This document shows, in pieces, positions 21,173-34,500 of a stretch of 64,000 nucleotides of DNA (position 1 is the stretch's first letter; each line of letters opens with the position of its first letter). The stretch covers positions 22,444,001 to 22,508,000 of the forward strand of contig CAIIXF020000001.1 of the NCBI GenBank assembly GCA_903813345.2. Reading direction: 5' to 3'. The stretch is from Owenia fusiformis (lineage: Eukaryota). The notes under the pieces were generated by a model. It ran no database searches. It saw nothing but the letters and a program-made list of their open reading frames with translations, and was not told the DNA's origin. Position numbers and translations under genes: made by a program.

Positions 21173-23842
21173 AAACATTTCGTTATGCCTCAAAAAATGG
21201 GCCTTTTTGGGTTGTAGGCCAAATTATTAAAGAATGGGCCTTAAATTTTCAAATTTGGGCCCAATTTTGGATTTTAGGGGCTAAAAATATTTTCGTAGAC
21301 ATTGAAATCTGCCCCCACCCCCTTGTAAGCTCCTGGATCCGCGAATGCCACGTCACTTTTATTTGCATTGCTGCGTCTTTATCAATCAAGATATTTAATA
21401 TTGTGACTAAAGGAATGCACTGGTTCAACAGTATGCCATTGATGCAGAATAATTGAATCTTTGTAAGGAGAGATAAAGACAGGAAAATTAGAATGTCAAC
21501 AAACGCAAGTAGCTGTAATAAAAACTTTTATGGATTAGTTGTACAATGTATTCGTTGTACTGTGTAATGTCCCTTTCTTCTATTATTTGAATCTAGCATG
21601 ATATAAGATGTGTTTTCAAAGGTTTTATGCTGAAGGATGGATCTTGAAATAATTGAAAGAGAAAGATTGGCAAATCAATTTCTATTTTTTGAATAATTCT
21701 GGCCCTCTGCGTACTCTTTTAAATTAACTACCTGTAAATATATCAATACTAACAAATAACATATATGATATATTCAAATGTAACAAACAAATCCTGGTTA
21801 TGGGCCTGGTCTCATTAAAATATTTAAAATATTACTCTCCCTTTGTTCTGCTTCATTAGAATATACCTTGTTGAATTAGCACTACAATAATAAATACATC
21901 TGTGAAAATGGCATGTGTTAACAACAATTCTATGTATATACAGTTTACACTAACACTGTGTTTACAATAATTCTACATGTAACAATAAATATTTTGTTTC
22001 GGTCTACCTCCACATTAAGTAGCATAAACAGTTATAGTGTAATGAATGTGTTGGTGATGTAATTTAATCAATTAACGAGTTTGTCAGTGACTGGAAGTTG
22101 TTCGATTGGCTGAAGTGTATTAAGTGTCTTAATCTCTGCTGTAAAATGTCCAAAGTTAGGTTTTCTGGGTTTTTTTGTGTTAAAACACATTTTATTTTAT
22201 TATCACAGAAGGTAAAAAGATACATTAACCTGTTTGGTTATTTGGGTTCAAGAGATATTAATTTGATGAATTTGTCTTTAGAATTTAGGCTACATTTTGG
22301 CAGATTTATAATAGCCTGACTCTGCTTTAGGTTCGTTCTTTACAATAACAAACTTTTTGATTCATCCTTTTACTCCAAGGAATTTATCCTTGTCCATGAT
22401 GACAAAAAAGCATGCATCCCTCCCTTTTAAACAAAACATACAACCTTTAAGTTTAATATGCAATATTTGTTGTTGTTTTTTCTTCCTCAAATACGTATAT
22501 TAGTGAAATATTGGATAGACAAGCAGATTTTTTATTATTAAGAATATTCTATTTGTCTATGTTTTCATCATATAATGATTTATACAAATTGTAGTAGTTA
22601 TAATGCATAATACAAAGGATTGAACAAGATGCAGATTTAGCTTTCCCAGCAACTGAGTTTTCTCATTTGCTATAGCAATCAAAGCCTCAGTTTACTTAAT
22701 CAAACCATTGATTGCGTTGAACATTTATCACTTTTTTCAAGCTCGTTAAGTACAATTATGATCTGAGATGAATGTCATAGTGCCATGAGGTAAGATGTTA
22801 AATCAATATAGATTACACATAGGTTCTTTTCGCCCTCCTATATTACACAAAGAATGCTTGAGGTATGGAATGGAGATCTCAATGATCCCTGTGTTGTTAG
22901 ATGCAGCTCTCTGCCGTTTTTCTGGCTGACAAGAAGAATGTTGAGTTTGTAAGCAAATATGCCAAATGGAATAATACTGAAGAAAAGGAAATTGCAAGTT
23001 TAATATTCATTAGGAAACAAACCCCAAACATCCCCAAAATTATCTAATGTGAAAAGAAAGAGTTTCTAACACCCCTATAACACATCATTCCATAACTTAA
23101 AGAAAGAACTAATAAAAACATAAAGATTGATGTCGTACTTCATAACGACTGGTTTTCCTTTTTGACGTGTGTATAAAAAATGATGCTGCATAGAGGTTTA
23201 AATTCTAAAAACCTGATGACCAGAAACATATTTATCATTGTCCTGGCCTAAGCAACAGCAAATAATGATGCAGGCAGGATTAGAATCCGGGTTCTGTTGA
23301 TTGTTTCGTACTTGTTATTTGCTATTATTAAGATGTATACAAATTACCTTGTTTCAATAATACATTTTTATATACTTGAAATTGTAAGTTAGATAAACAA
23401 CATTCTTACATTATAATACATTATTAATAAAGTATCAACGCAAGACAAATGGAGTAAAGTTGTTTTCCAATTTGTCAAACAATTGTAAATGCAATTTATC
23501 TCTTATTTCAATCAATCCATAATATCCCAAAGATATACGTTTATTAAACAGTGTATTTCCCTTCAGTTCATTATTCAATTATATCATTTTTATATTTTTA
23601 TGTACTGTGTAATATAATGTTCACATGCAGTATAACATTCATATACAACGTAATATAATTTTCATCCGTATCCTGTTCAAATAAAATTAGTGATCTGAGC
23701 AATAGAAAATGTAAATGAATGAGATGTTCAATATAATTGATACAAGATATAGACCTATATTATAAATTAATTTGTATGTAGTTAAACAGAAAACGTAATG
23801 GAATTGCAGACACAAGGAATTATGATATTTACAAAATCTTAC

Positions 23843-24060
23843 CTGAATAGATGTTATATCGATTCAATATTTGCCATATCTTTAATTTTCCACCGTGAAT
23901 TATATTCCACACTATTGTACAAAAACTAAAATAACTTCAGTTTCTCACCTTAGTTCTCCATTATTGTAGTTGTTAAATCGTTGTCCATCTCTAATAACGT
24001 TCTGTTGTCAGTTCAGTGAAGGTATTTTCCGTTTATTGTCTCGAAACGAATTATTGATCT
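23843..24060 (-). other. Putative non-coding first exon / promoter region of the 9231-19303 gene
   Basis: Strong donor CAG|GTAAGA at 23843/23842, locally raised CpG content upstream; a likely UTR exon acceptor (TTTTTCTGTTTTTCAG) lies at 19653. The upstream boundary is a guess. Confidence 0.35.
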
Positions 24061-25326
24061 CCGGATCTATATAGCGTCATACAAGTGTATCCTTTCAACA
24101 ACCTTACAATGTCACATACACGCACAACTCTAACTGTAAGCGCTATTATAAATCTCCGTTATGATGAAATACTTGTCAATATGAAATGTTATAAAAGATA
24201 AACTGATAGCGTAGATTAAGATTACATAAACCTGTATGAGAAAGAGCCGGGGAAATAGTGCAATTCTGAGTAATGAATATGAATGTGGCTAGATTTGTAA
24301 GTGTAGGGTAGAAGATGGAATAATAGGCAGTTAACATTATAGAGATGTAGACAGAGAGATTAGAATATTGGTTTGACATTTCGTTAATTACCTTCTAATG
24401 TTAAACCATTAAATCATGACACCCATCAATATACTTACTTTGAACCATTGCAGTTGATAATTTTTTCAATTGATATACCATTAGAAAGTACTTCAGTGTG
24501 ATATTATATAACATACATTCAGAGGGTATTTCAATATTTTTTACATTCTTGTTATATACCTTAAGAAAGAATATTAATGTAATATTCATATTACATACCA
24601 TCAGAAAGTACTTAAATATTTACAAAGGATGGGTATCGATATGGTGAACATTTTGAACACACGGAACTTTCTCTTAAACCAGTCATCAAAAATTTTTGAA
24701 TATTTTACACATCGTCGATTTAATGGTCATCTTTTGAATGGTAACAGTATAATTTGAAATAAATATATATACTTTTCTCTATATTGTTTTAGAAAACACA
24801 TCAGACACTTCTTTTGTTCTTGGTATCATATGTTCGGAATGAAATGAAACATCTATCCAAACTTCATTGGAACAAAATGACATAAACACAATGTTAACAA
24901 AAATGTTAAAAAACAGTTACATAAAATATATAAATAATTTTCGCATTAAATTGTTGTCAATCAGTCAAAATTACATAAAGGACCGTGTTTTTTCACACTA
25001 TGTTTTCGATAATTGGTTCAAGAGAATAACATTTTAATATGATATTCATATTTCCAGAATGATTCATTATTGTTTCCTACTTTGGTTTACTGATATGAAC
25101 CATTTTATGTATTTTGATATGGCTGGGTTGAGTAAGCAATATGTTCGTTTCTGATAATGTTTAAAACGTGTCAATAACAATTGATCAGCTTTAAGTTATT
25201 ACGGCACAACCTGTAGTATGTATGGAAACCTATTGATTTCAGATAGATGGTACAGAGAGAAAACAAGAATTGACAACTAACCCGTTTGACATTACATAGA
25301 CATAGAGAGGAGTTGGAGTTGATTTT

Positions 25327-26347
25327 GGTAGACTGTAAATCTAGTAAATCTAGTAAATCTCGTAAATCTAGTAAATCAAGTAAATCTAGTAAAATCTTGT
25401 AAAATCTTGTAAACTTTTTAGGGACCATTCATTTGATATCAATGTCAGTCTCTATGAAGAGTATTGGTGATTATGATTCCTTTTACAGCATTAGAAATAT
25501 ACCTTCTCTGCATTAAAATTCAGAGTCATTCCTTTCATCAAATAATAAATATACAAATTTTTTAACAAAATTGTGAAATATTAGAATAAAAAAGAATGTT
25601 TAAGGGGCTGATATGATATGGCTTTAAACTATTAATTACAAGGAATACAAGGAACATATCATCATCAAAATGTAAATGGAAAGCATTGTAGAAATGTCAT
25701 ACTATACTTTATGTATAGGTAAAGCAAATAGATCAATCAGTAAGTTGTCTCACTCTTCCCCTTGCTACAGCATTTGATTGTTTTTATTATTATTATTTTG
25801 GGGGGTTGGCAAAAATCAATTTTGAAATTGCCATTTATCCATTCCTCTAACATTGGAACTTCTACAAATATTGTCAATTGAACAGCATCGCCAAAAAATA
25901 AGCAATAACTAAATTATCTGATAGGCTAAGCATTATAACATTTTGTGAGGGAAAAACTAGCCTGTGTCATTTAGATGGTACGCATTGTCCCCCCAGTCCT
26001 TAAAATGTTAAATGTGTGGCTTAATTTGTTAATAGAGCATGCTTCTTGGGTGGGTTGTGTATGATGATAAAATGGGTGTACCTTTTGATAACCATTTTGT
26101 TATCCAGTACTAACATATAGTTGTTTTGTAACTAAATATAATGAAATAAAAGGTAGAATTTTTTCTACATGTTCATTTCATTCATACAAAGGCATTTTCA
26201 GTGCTTTTTCGACATTTGCACTTTATATCTTAGACATTGTATAATCAAGTTTTTACAAGATTTTACAAGATTTTACTAGATTTACTAGATTTACTAGTTT
26301 TACTAGTTTTACTAGATTTACTAGATTTACTAGATTTACAGTCTACC
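25327..26347. mobile_element. Mutator/foldback-like non-autonomous element with 9-10 bp tandem-repeat TIRs and 9-bp TSD
   Basis: GGTAGACTGTAAATCTA(GTAAATCTA)n...(TAGATTTAC)nAGTCTACC; perfect TSD GTTGATTTT at 25318-25326 and 26348-26356; GG...CC termini. Confidence 0.9.
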
Positions 26348-29310
26348 GTTGATTTTAGATGTTTTCCGGATCTCTCATCTAACATGCCTTAAGGGTAGTA
26401 CCATCATTCATTCAAAGGGCTTCATTTATTCTTCAATTTAAGAAGCTTGGACCAAGGATGGTGTTGTACATATACTTATTCTTTCCATTCATTTATTCAC
26501 AAATCAATGTCGTTGACAGCTAAACCATCCACCTTTGCAAACAAAAACAAAAGAACAAACCTTCTGGAAATGCAACAAACTTTCTCGAAAAATTGGTTAC
26601 CCATAATAGATATTGATAATTTTCACAATATTTAGTTCATATGGAATATGGGCAATCCACAAAACAAAATTGATTTTGTGTACAGTAAAAGAGGTTGGCA
26701 ACTTGGCACTGTTGAAATTCAAGCATTCATTCATTAATATTGTACGCATATAGTTCATTGATCACCACTCAACAGGATATAGACCTAGTAGGGGATGATA
26801 TAATCAAAAACCTGTAATATATGCCAGTGTTACTACAATGGCTTTGATGGAGCACAGCTTCTATAAAAGCCAGATATCCAGCACAAATAAACCTCACAAG
26901 GCGTCAAGATAGTGATGATAGCCACTTGATTTTTTGAGAATAAACTTTTAATTATACACTTTCTTAAATAAAAATGAAGATGAATATTTTATATAGGCTA
27001 TATAGGCAAGAACATGTGACAATGGGAGGAGTTTGGGAAGGAGCCTTGGCAACTAAAATATTTATAAAAAAATGATACTGCCTGAATTCTAACTAAAGAT
27101 TAAAATATTTCCACAAATATTAATGTTTTAAACATTTATTTTATATTATTTTATCATGGAAAAAAAGTTAGCATTTGAAATACAAGACATGCAATATGCC
27201 CCAGCTAGGTTTATCAAACAAAAAATAATTGGCAGCCTAAATAAGTTAATATTGATTGATAAGCTAATCCATTTGCATGCTTTATCTTTAGTTTATATTT
27301 TTCATACTCTGAAACAAAGTGTTATCAGATTAAGGTAGGAACGGGTGAATAACTTTGGTACCTGAATGTGTACACAAGCCTTTAGACACATTAGATAACC
27401 TATTCTCCTCTAGCTACCTTAATTGTACTACGAGTTTCAGGGCATAGTACATCTTAGATGAAGTTCTCATGAAGAGAAGGAAAACTTTTTGAAAGGGTCT
27501 CTAAATGAAGATTGATGATATAAAAACTATGACAACAGGATAGCATGAGATTTGTAATATATTTCTGTAACAGATTATGATTTACTACAATATAACGTGA
27601 AAGTTTGATGATGAGCTGATATTCATGTAGGCCTATAACATGTATAAAGTTTATGAACATAATTTGATACATCTTTAAAAGGTGTCTCCTGATTATATGT
27701 ATAAGTTTCACTACAATAATAGGTGTTGTGCATGGGTTTAGTTATTTAGCTTTTAAGATCAATGTTATGGTAAAGTCATGTCCTCGTATTAGATTCTTGT
27801 ACTTATTCCGATTGTGAGGTGAAGTGTTTCTCAAAAATCAATTCTTGTAATTCCTTTTGAAGCAATGGAAAACTGTTGCAATAAACACAGGCATTAAAGC
27901 AGTTTAAGTATTTCACCCAGAAGTTGTTTCGATTATCCTTGGAACACTCACATTTTTGATCAATGGTAATATAGAGAATGGATAACTTTGAAGTGTGGAA
28001 TGTTATTATTCCTTGTTTATCTATACATTCACAACATAAAATAAAGAGTCTGGTTATTATTGACTACCAAAGTATTATTTTTTCATTATGAATAACTGTA
28101 ATATCTTGAAATTATTACTTGCTTATTCCACATATTCTTCATGGCTTTTCATGCTTTTTCAGAAATATGAATTGTGTAATGCCATATTATCAAGGTATGT
28201 ATTGTAACAGGGTCACCACAGTTCGTCAAGTGGAAACTAACAAGACTTTGTGTTGCCATGACAGGATTAATGCCCTATTGTTAGACAATATGTCTGATCG
28301 ATCTCAGAAACAATATTCTGCAGCAAAGAATAACGAATACTTATGATGATTTACGACTGTTTGTGTTATCAAATGAAATGTGTTAATCAATCTGATTTCA
28401 TATTAATTAATTGTACAGATACAAAAAATCTGTTTGTATAATAGAGTGTTAAGAAATTGCTTTCTAAAAAAGGAAAAATGTGCTTCTATCAGAAAAGCAG
28501 GACAATACCATTGAAGTCCAATGATGGTGCAACCTAGTGGGCATTATAAATCAAGAAATATATTTTGGGTTAATTTGGGATTTTAGAATTACAGATGCTG
28601 CCCTTCAAAGGAGAAAGATTTTATGACATATCTGAATTCTGTGTATACTTTTTTTACAAGAACTGTGATACCATCAACAATAAATGTAAACAGGACTTTG
28701 AAAGAATGTAAGAATAGAAGCCCCAGTTTTCACCGACCTTTTTATTTCTTTTCTTAAAATTTTGAAAAGTTAACAATTTTTTTTTACTTGACGCAGTGAA
28801 ACAGTGTAATTTTGGGTACTACAGTAATTTGCTATTTTGTTGTTATAGCACAAAATAAATAAATGTCATAATATTATTTTAAACAAGATATATTCTTTAT
28901 ATTATAAGAAACAGCAGATATAAAACATGAAATAATATACCAGTTGCCTATACACTAAGCTATATATAAAGATAGAATAGATATATACAAATAATTTAAG
29001 TTGGGATTCTTAAATTGTTTTACAAAAAATCACACTAAATTTCTATTTACTGAAAAATTTGCACATTCTAGTATCCCATTTGGAAAGGTATCTAAATCAC
29101 AGCATGTTATAGCATTGTAAAATTGTTCCGAACACAAATAAAAAATGTTACTTATTCTAAATTCATGATTTTTAAATCTAATAAATAAACCTCTTTGCTA
29201 TACTCTCATATATTGTACACATAGGCTATCTTTTTCCTACAATTTCACAATTCCTAAATGAACACATATTTAAAATCAAGTCAATTAACAAATTGTAGTG
29301 GCATGGTCTA

Positions 29311-29498
29311 CAGTAAAACTTGCCAAGAGGGACACATCTGTAAGTAGAACACCTCTATAAGTGAAACACCTCTGTGAGAGGCGAACACTTCAAAATATTG
29401 TTACTCAATATCATGTGAATTGAACCTTGGGTGGAGCACACCCAAAGTGGAACATTATTTTAGGGCACCAAGGCATTTCACTTTCACAAGTTTTAATG
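29311..29498 (+). mobile_element. Degenerate pogo/Tigger-like MITE (same family as 50241-50425)
   Basis: TA|CAGTAAAACTTG...CAAGTTTTAATG|TA with repeated AAGTGGAACACCTCT-like motifs. Confidence 0.65.
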
Positions 29499-29651
29499 TA
29501 TAGACATTATACATGATTGGTATATACAGGATAAACCCTTCCACAAAGTATAGCTTGTAAATTATGCATATGATTGTTGAATAAAGCCCCTTTGTCCAAT
29601 ATTACACTTTTGTTTTACATCATACCCATATATTAAAAGGTATATAAATAA

Positions 29652-29995
29652 TAGAGGTGTCACGGATACCTGATTTTGTTCTGATCTGCGTAATTACACT
29701 ACCGGAATGAAACACGGCACAAAAATTAAGCATTTCGGTTCGGTTCCGGAACAAGAATATCTTACCCCTTCACACCTTGTAGCCCTTAAATTGCCAACAT
29801 TCACAAAACAGTATTTTTCTTTCAATATTTTGAGTTCACTCTTCACTCATTCTCATTGAAGGGTTTTAAAGAGCTTTTTGCTTTTTTTAATCTTATACAC
29901 TCAGTCACTCTGTTCGAAACAGTTCCGAAGTTGTTCTGTTCCGAACAAAATGTTCCGAACCGTTCCAATTTTTTTGTTGTTCCGTGACATCTCTA
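29652..29995. mobile_element. hAT-type MITE
   Basis: TIRs TAGAGGTGTCACGGA / TCCGTGACATCTCTA, subterminal GTTCCG repeats, perfect 8-bp TSD ATAAATAA (29644-29651, 29996-30003). Confidence 0.9.
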
Positions 29996-30502
29996 ATAAA
30001 TAACATTCACATAAACATGACATAATGCAGTTGATTATAACTTAAAATGATATAATAACACATTTCATCAATACACATGTAAAATAATAATAAGTGCATA
30101 CTCTGACACCCCAGACAGTAAATTTTCTTCCATAGAAATTATGACAACTAAAAAATAAAAATTTGCAGCTGAAATAGAAATTGAAAATTGCACCTATGAT
30201 ATACTAAAAAGTGGCAGCTTTAAAATTAAAGCTGCATTAACTCAGGGTGTCAGGTAAACTGTATAGTAAGTCATGCATATTTGCTTCTATCACCAAGTAT
30301 ATAGTATTATAGTGTGTATAGAGCACCAAGGTTTTCAGATGAAGGTCCTTAATATTCATATTAATAAATGGTCTTGCATCATATTTGCCTCAACTCAGTG
30401 CATTGTAGGCCTATAATATTTATTTTATTTCATGTCCTAACTTGTCATTCATGAGGGTATTAAATTAAACAATTCTCCCTACTCTGATGTTCACAGTATT
30501 TA

Positions 30503-30688
30503 CACTCCCCAAAAAAGTTTGGAAATCACAATTTCTCTATCATGGACCACAAGTTGTAGCTGGTTTATTTGCGATGACTTTTAAAGATTCATCAAATTTC
30601 ACTGACCTATTGTTATTATAAGGGGACAACATTCAAGCTTTAACAATGGTATCCAAATGGGAGGCTTTCTAAACTTTTGGAGGGGGTG
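30503..30688. mobile_element. Tc1/mariner-type MITE
   Basis: TA|CACTCCCCAAAAAAGTTTGGAAA ... TTTCTAAACTTTTGGAGGGGGTG|TA. Confidence 0.65.
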
Positions 30689-31512
30689 TAAATTAAGCTA
30701 GAATTTCTCCCATTTCTTTTAAATTTTAATGTCCAAAGTGTAATAGAAACCAGTGCAACATACATGCAGTTTAGTAGTATAATATAATATTTTATAATAT
30801 ATATATTTATATATTGGTATAAAGACTAATAATATTCGCAAGGCACATTGGGCAAAATATGTCTTCATGTCAAAAAGATTGAGAAACAATATACGAGATT
30901 AGTGTAGTAGCAGAATAGGTGGTTTTTGACCTCGGTGGTATTTAATCCAAGTTGTATTTGACCTAGATGACATTTGACCTTGGTGGTATGTCATTTCAAT
31001 GGTATCTGACCTCTGTCATACAAGTATTTGACCTATAATAATGGTATTTGACTAATATCATATTTGACCCATATGGTATTTCAGTTAATACTCTATTCAA
31101 CAGAAAGGTAATACCACAACTGAAGTTGCATCTTTAAATCCTTCATATATGTAGGAATTGCAGACATATTTATATTTTAAAGACATCTCAACGCAGTTGT
31201 GGTCTGATCGTGTAACCTGCTAGACAGGAAATTCAGAATTGACATGACAGGCTATGGTCATTAGTAAGAGGTATCTACTGTATGTGTGCCTTATCTCCAA
31301 GCTTCTTAAGTTCATGGTTTTCTGTTTTTTGTTGTTGCTGCTGCTTGTACAATACAATGGCATTGGCATGAGTTTTAAAGTGTACATAAGAAGCGATAAC
31401 TATTGTCAAGGAAGTATACTCTAGTACAAAATTGTAACCATGAATGTCCAAGGAGCTTGGAAGTGTACAAAGATCTCTCTTGATCTCTGAAGTTAATTGA
31501 GTTTCGTGCTGA

Positions 31513-34500
31513 TCAAAATGGTACTTGTACGAGAGCAGCAATCACGATAACGAGCACCAGAACAAGGATAGATGTCACTATCAGGTAAAGGCTCAGCATA
31601 CAGCACTTGAAGCGACGACCCTGAAATTATGGGATATATTGTGTTAAATATCAAATATGATGTTTATCAAAATAATGGGGATATTCCATAGAAAACTATA
31701 GCTCTTATTCAAGACTATACTTGACCAAAATCATAACAGTTTTCATATATAATATACAGTAATAAAGTTTCAACTGTAAATATACAATTTGAAATAATAA
31801 ACTTGCCATCAGATGAAAAAGGTAGTTGCATAATACCAGAGCATGTTGCTAAGTGAAACGAGTATCAGAATGGATTTTTTGATTATTTTAAAACAGTCAT
31901 GAACATTTATTGATTCTCATATACTACAAGTCACATTACTATAACACATTTATCATGAAGAATTGGTTATTTTGGGAGCAATCTATTCATTCTGTGAATG
32001 GAGATCAATATGGCATTGAAGCTCAGACTGTTATACTACTCAGATGTCACAAGACCATTCAATAAAATACGATACAATATATAAAATACAAATCAATAAA
32101 ATACAATACAATTTAGCAATTTAACCATTAAACCAAAGTTAATCTACTTAATAATTGGCAAAATCATGATCAGTGTGTAATATAGTTATTTTCCTTGAAA
32201 AAAGCTCCAATATGTCATTATCAATCTTTGAATAAATGGAGTGAAAACTTACAGAGTATTTGGGTTCAACGTCAGCCATTCTTGGATCTCCCTTCTTTTC
32301 CATTTCAATCTCTTCTCTCTTCTCTGTAATATAGAAATGAATTGAAAGTACAGTTTTGGGATTTAAAATGCCAAAACATGAATAAATAACATGCTAAATT
32401 GTTGAAATTTGTTTGCACCCTGCAAAAAATATTGGGATATTTTGACCAAAACAGATACCTTTAAATTCACAAAAAATGCCGCCATTTTGAATAAATATGA
32501 GGCAAAATGATGAATTATGTATTTGTGTCAGTCATACTATGAATGCCTATAATATCAATAAATTAAGACATGTTCCTTAAATATTTTTTTTGTATGTCAG
32601 AATTTTACTCTACAGGGTGTCCGGAAAGTAAAGATACAAATGCTCTTATTTTAAGAAATTTGTTTTTTTTAAAATGAAATTGCTACAGATTGTAGAGGAA
32701 CAAAATTACAATATATCTACCAACTTTCATCATATATAGTCTTAATGTGTTTAAGTTACGGTTGTTATGGTTACGGATGTGAGGGGTATGCGGAGCAGTT
32801 CCAGAACAACGCTAAAAAGTGAAAAATTGCTAAATGACAACCATTTGAAACAGTGTTTTTTGTTGTTGTATTTTCTATGTTTGTTTTTTTTTGTTCATCA
32901 TTGTATTATTGCAGCTGCCATAGTGTTTTCTATTATATAATGATGTCATTGCTACTGAACTATGTTATGTCACTTACCAGTATAATGAAAGAAATATTAT
33001 ACAAGTGCCTAGAAGAATGGTCCCTGGCAATTTGTAGGAAAGTCAATATTGCATCTCCACAATGCACCAATTCACAAAGCAAAAAACAAATCTTACAATT
33101 GAGTGCCTTGACATTAAACCTTTCTATACAATGCCCCATATTCACCTGATAAAGTCTATTTAGACTTCTACCTGAATGACCATTTGAAAGCAATATTTGT
33201 AAAAAAGGTCAACATACAAATTAGACTCAGCTGGAAGCCAATGTTATCAGCAATCTGAGAGATGGACAGCAGCGGTTTTGTCAGGTCTTTGAACCGCCGG
33301 TCAAGATGCACCAAGAATGTATAGATAAAGGGGAAAATACTGAATATTAATGATAGCAGTAAATGAAAATTAGTAAGTGAAATTATCAAATAATGTTACA
33401 TTACTAATCCCTATGCTGTTGTGCTACATAATTTGATATAATATAGGTATAGATGGTGGAGTGCCAAGATCATATGAGTAGGAAAGAGATTTGTAGAACA
33501 CAGTTGTGACGTTGCTCCACTTACCCTCGACTCCCGTTACCATAACAACCATAACTTTTTCATTTTGAAACTGAAAGTCATGACAGTTGCAGGATATATT
33601 GTTATAATGTCATTCTACATTCTGGAGCAATTTCATCTCATAACAGGTAAATCTCTTGAAATTAGAGCATTTGTATCTTTACTTTCCGGACACCCTGTAG
33701 TTTTCAAATATGTGCTCAGACTATGATAATACGGAAAATTAAAAAAGTTATTAAAGAAAAAGTGACCATTGAACAATTCTGTCCGGGCTACTAATCAATA
33801 TTTAGCACTCAGTGTGATATGGGATGCACAAAGCAATTCTGGATGTTATCCTACAATTATTAGTTATTTAGAGATCTAAATCATACATGTAATTATTTTA
33901 ATCTTCAAATGTTGTATGGTCTTATTCAAATATACTTAATGCAACTGAAAAATATCACTTTAACAAAAGTCAACAAACTTTCCCTTCGTGTTTAAAAGCA
34001 AATAACAGTGACAACTTTTTAGTTGTTTCATTAATGAGAATTCCAAATTTTTGTTTAACAAAACTACAACAAATATGAAGAAAAGAGTGATCCTCTCTAG
34101 AATAACCCAATTAACAAGACATATGATAGATATTACAATATATACATGTATATATATAATAAATAAATATGATTAACATAACAAAATGTCACCACCTAGT
34201 TGCTCATAATATTATTAGTTCAATCTTAAGTCAGATTTGAATTTCTAAGAACTCAGTATATGATTTTGAAAAAATATTTGGTCAATTGAAGCATGTTTTT
34301 TTACCCTGAGAAGGTCAAATCTCAAATCTAAAGTCAGATGTGAACTTCTGAGAACTTGTAGATGATTTTGAATAAATACCTTTTTGACCTTGAGAAAGTC
34401 ATTGAAGGTCAAATCTTTTTTGACCTTGAGAATGTCATTGAAGGTCGACTCTAAAGTCAGATTTGAACTTCTGATAACTTATAGATGATTTTGAAAAAAC

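Noticed and set aside
19792-23230. Other CTGATGA...GAAA strings (19794, 23213) as hammerheads
   Set aside because: No stem II or stem I pairing can be drawn.
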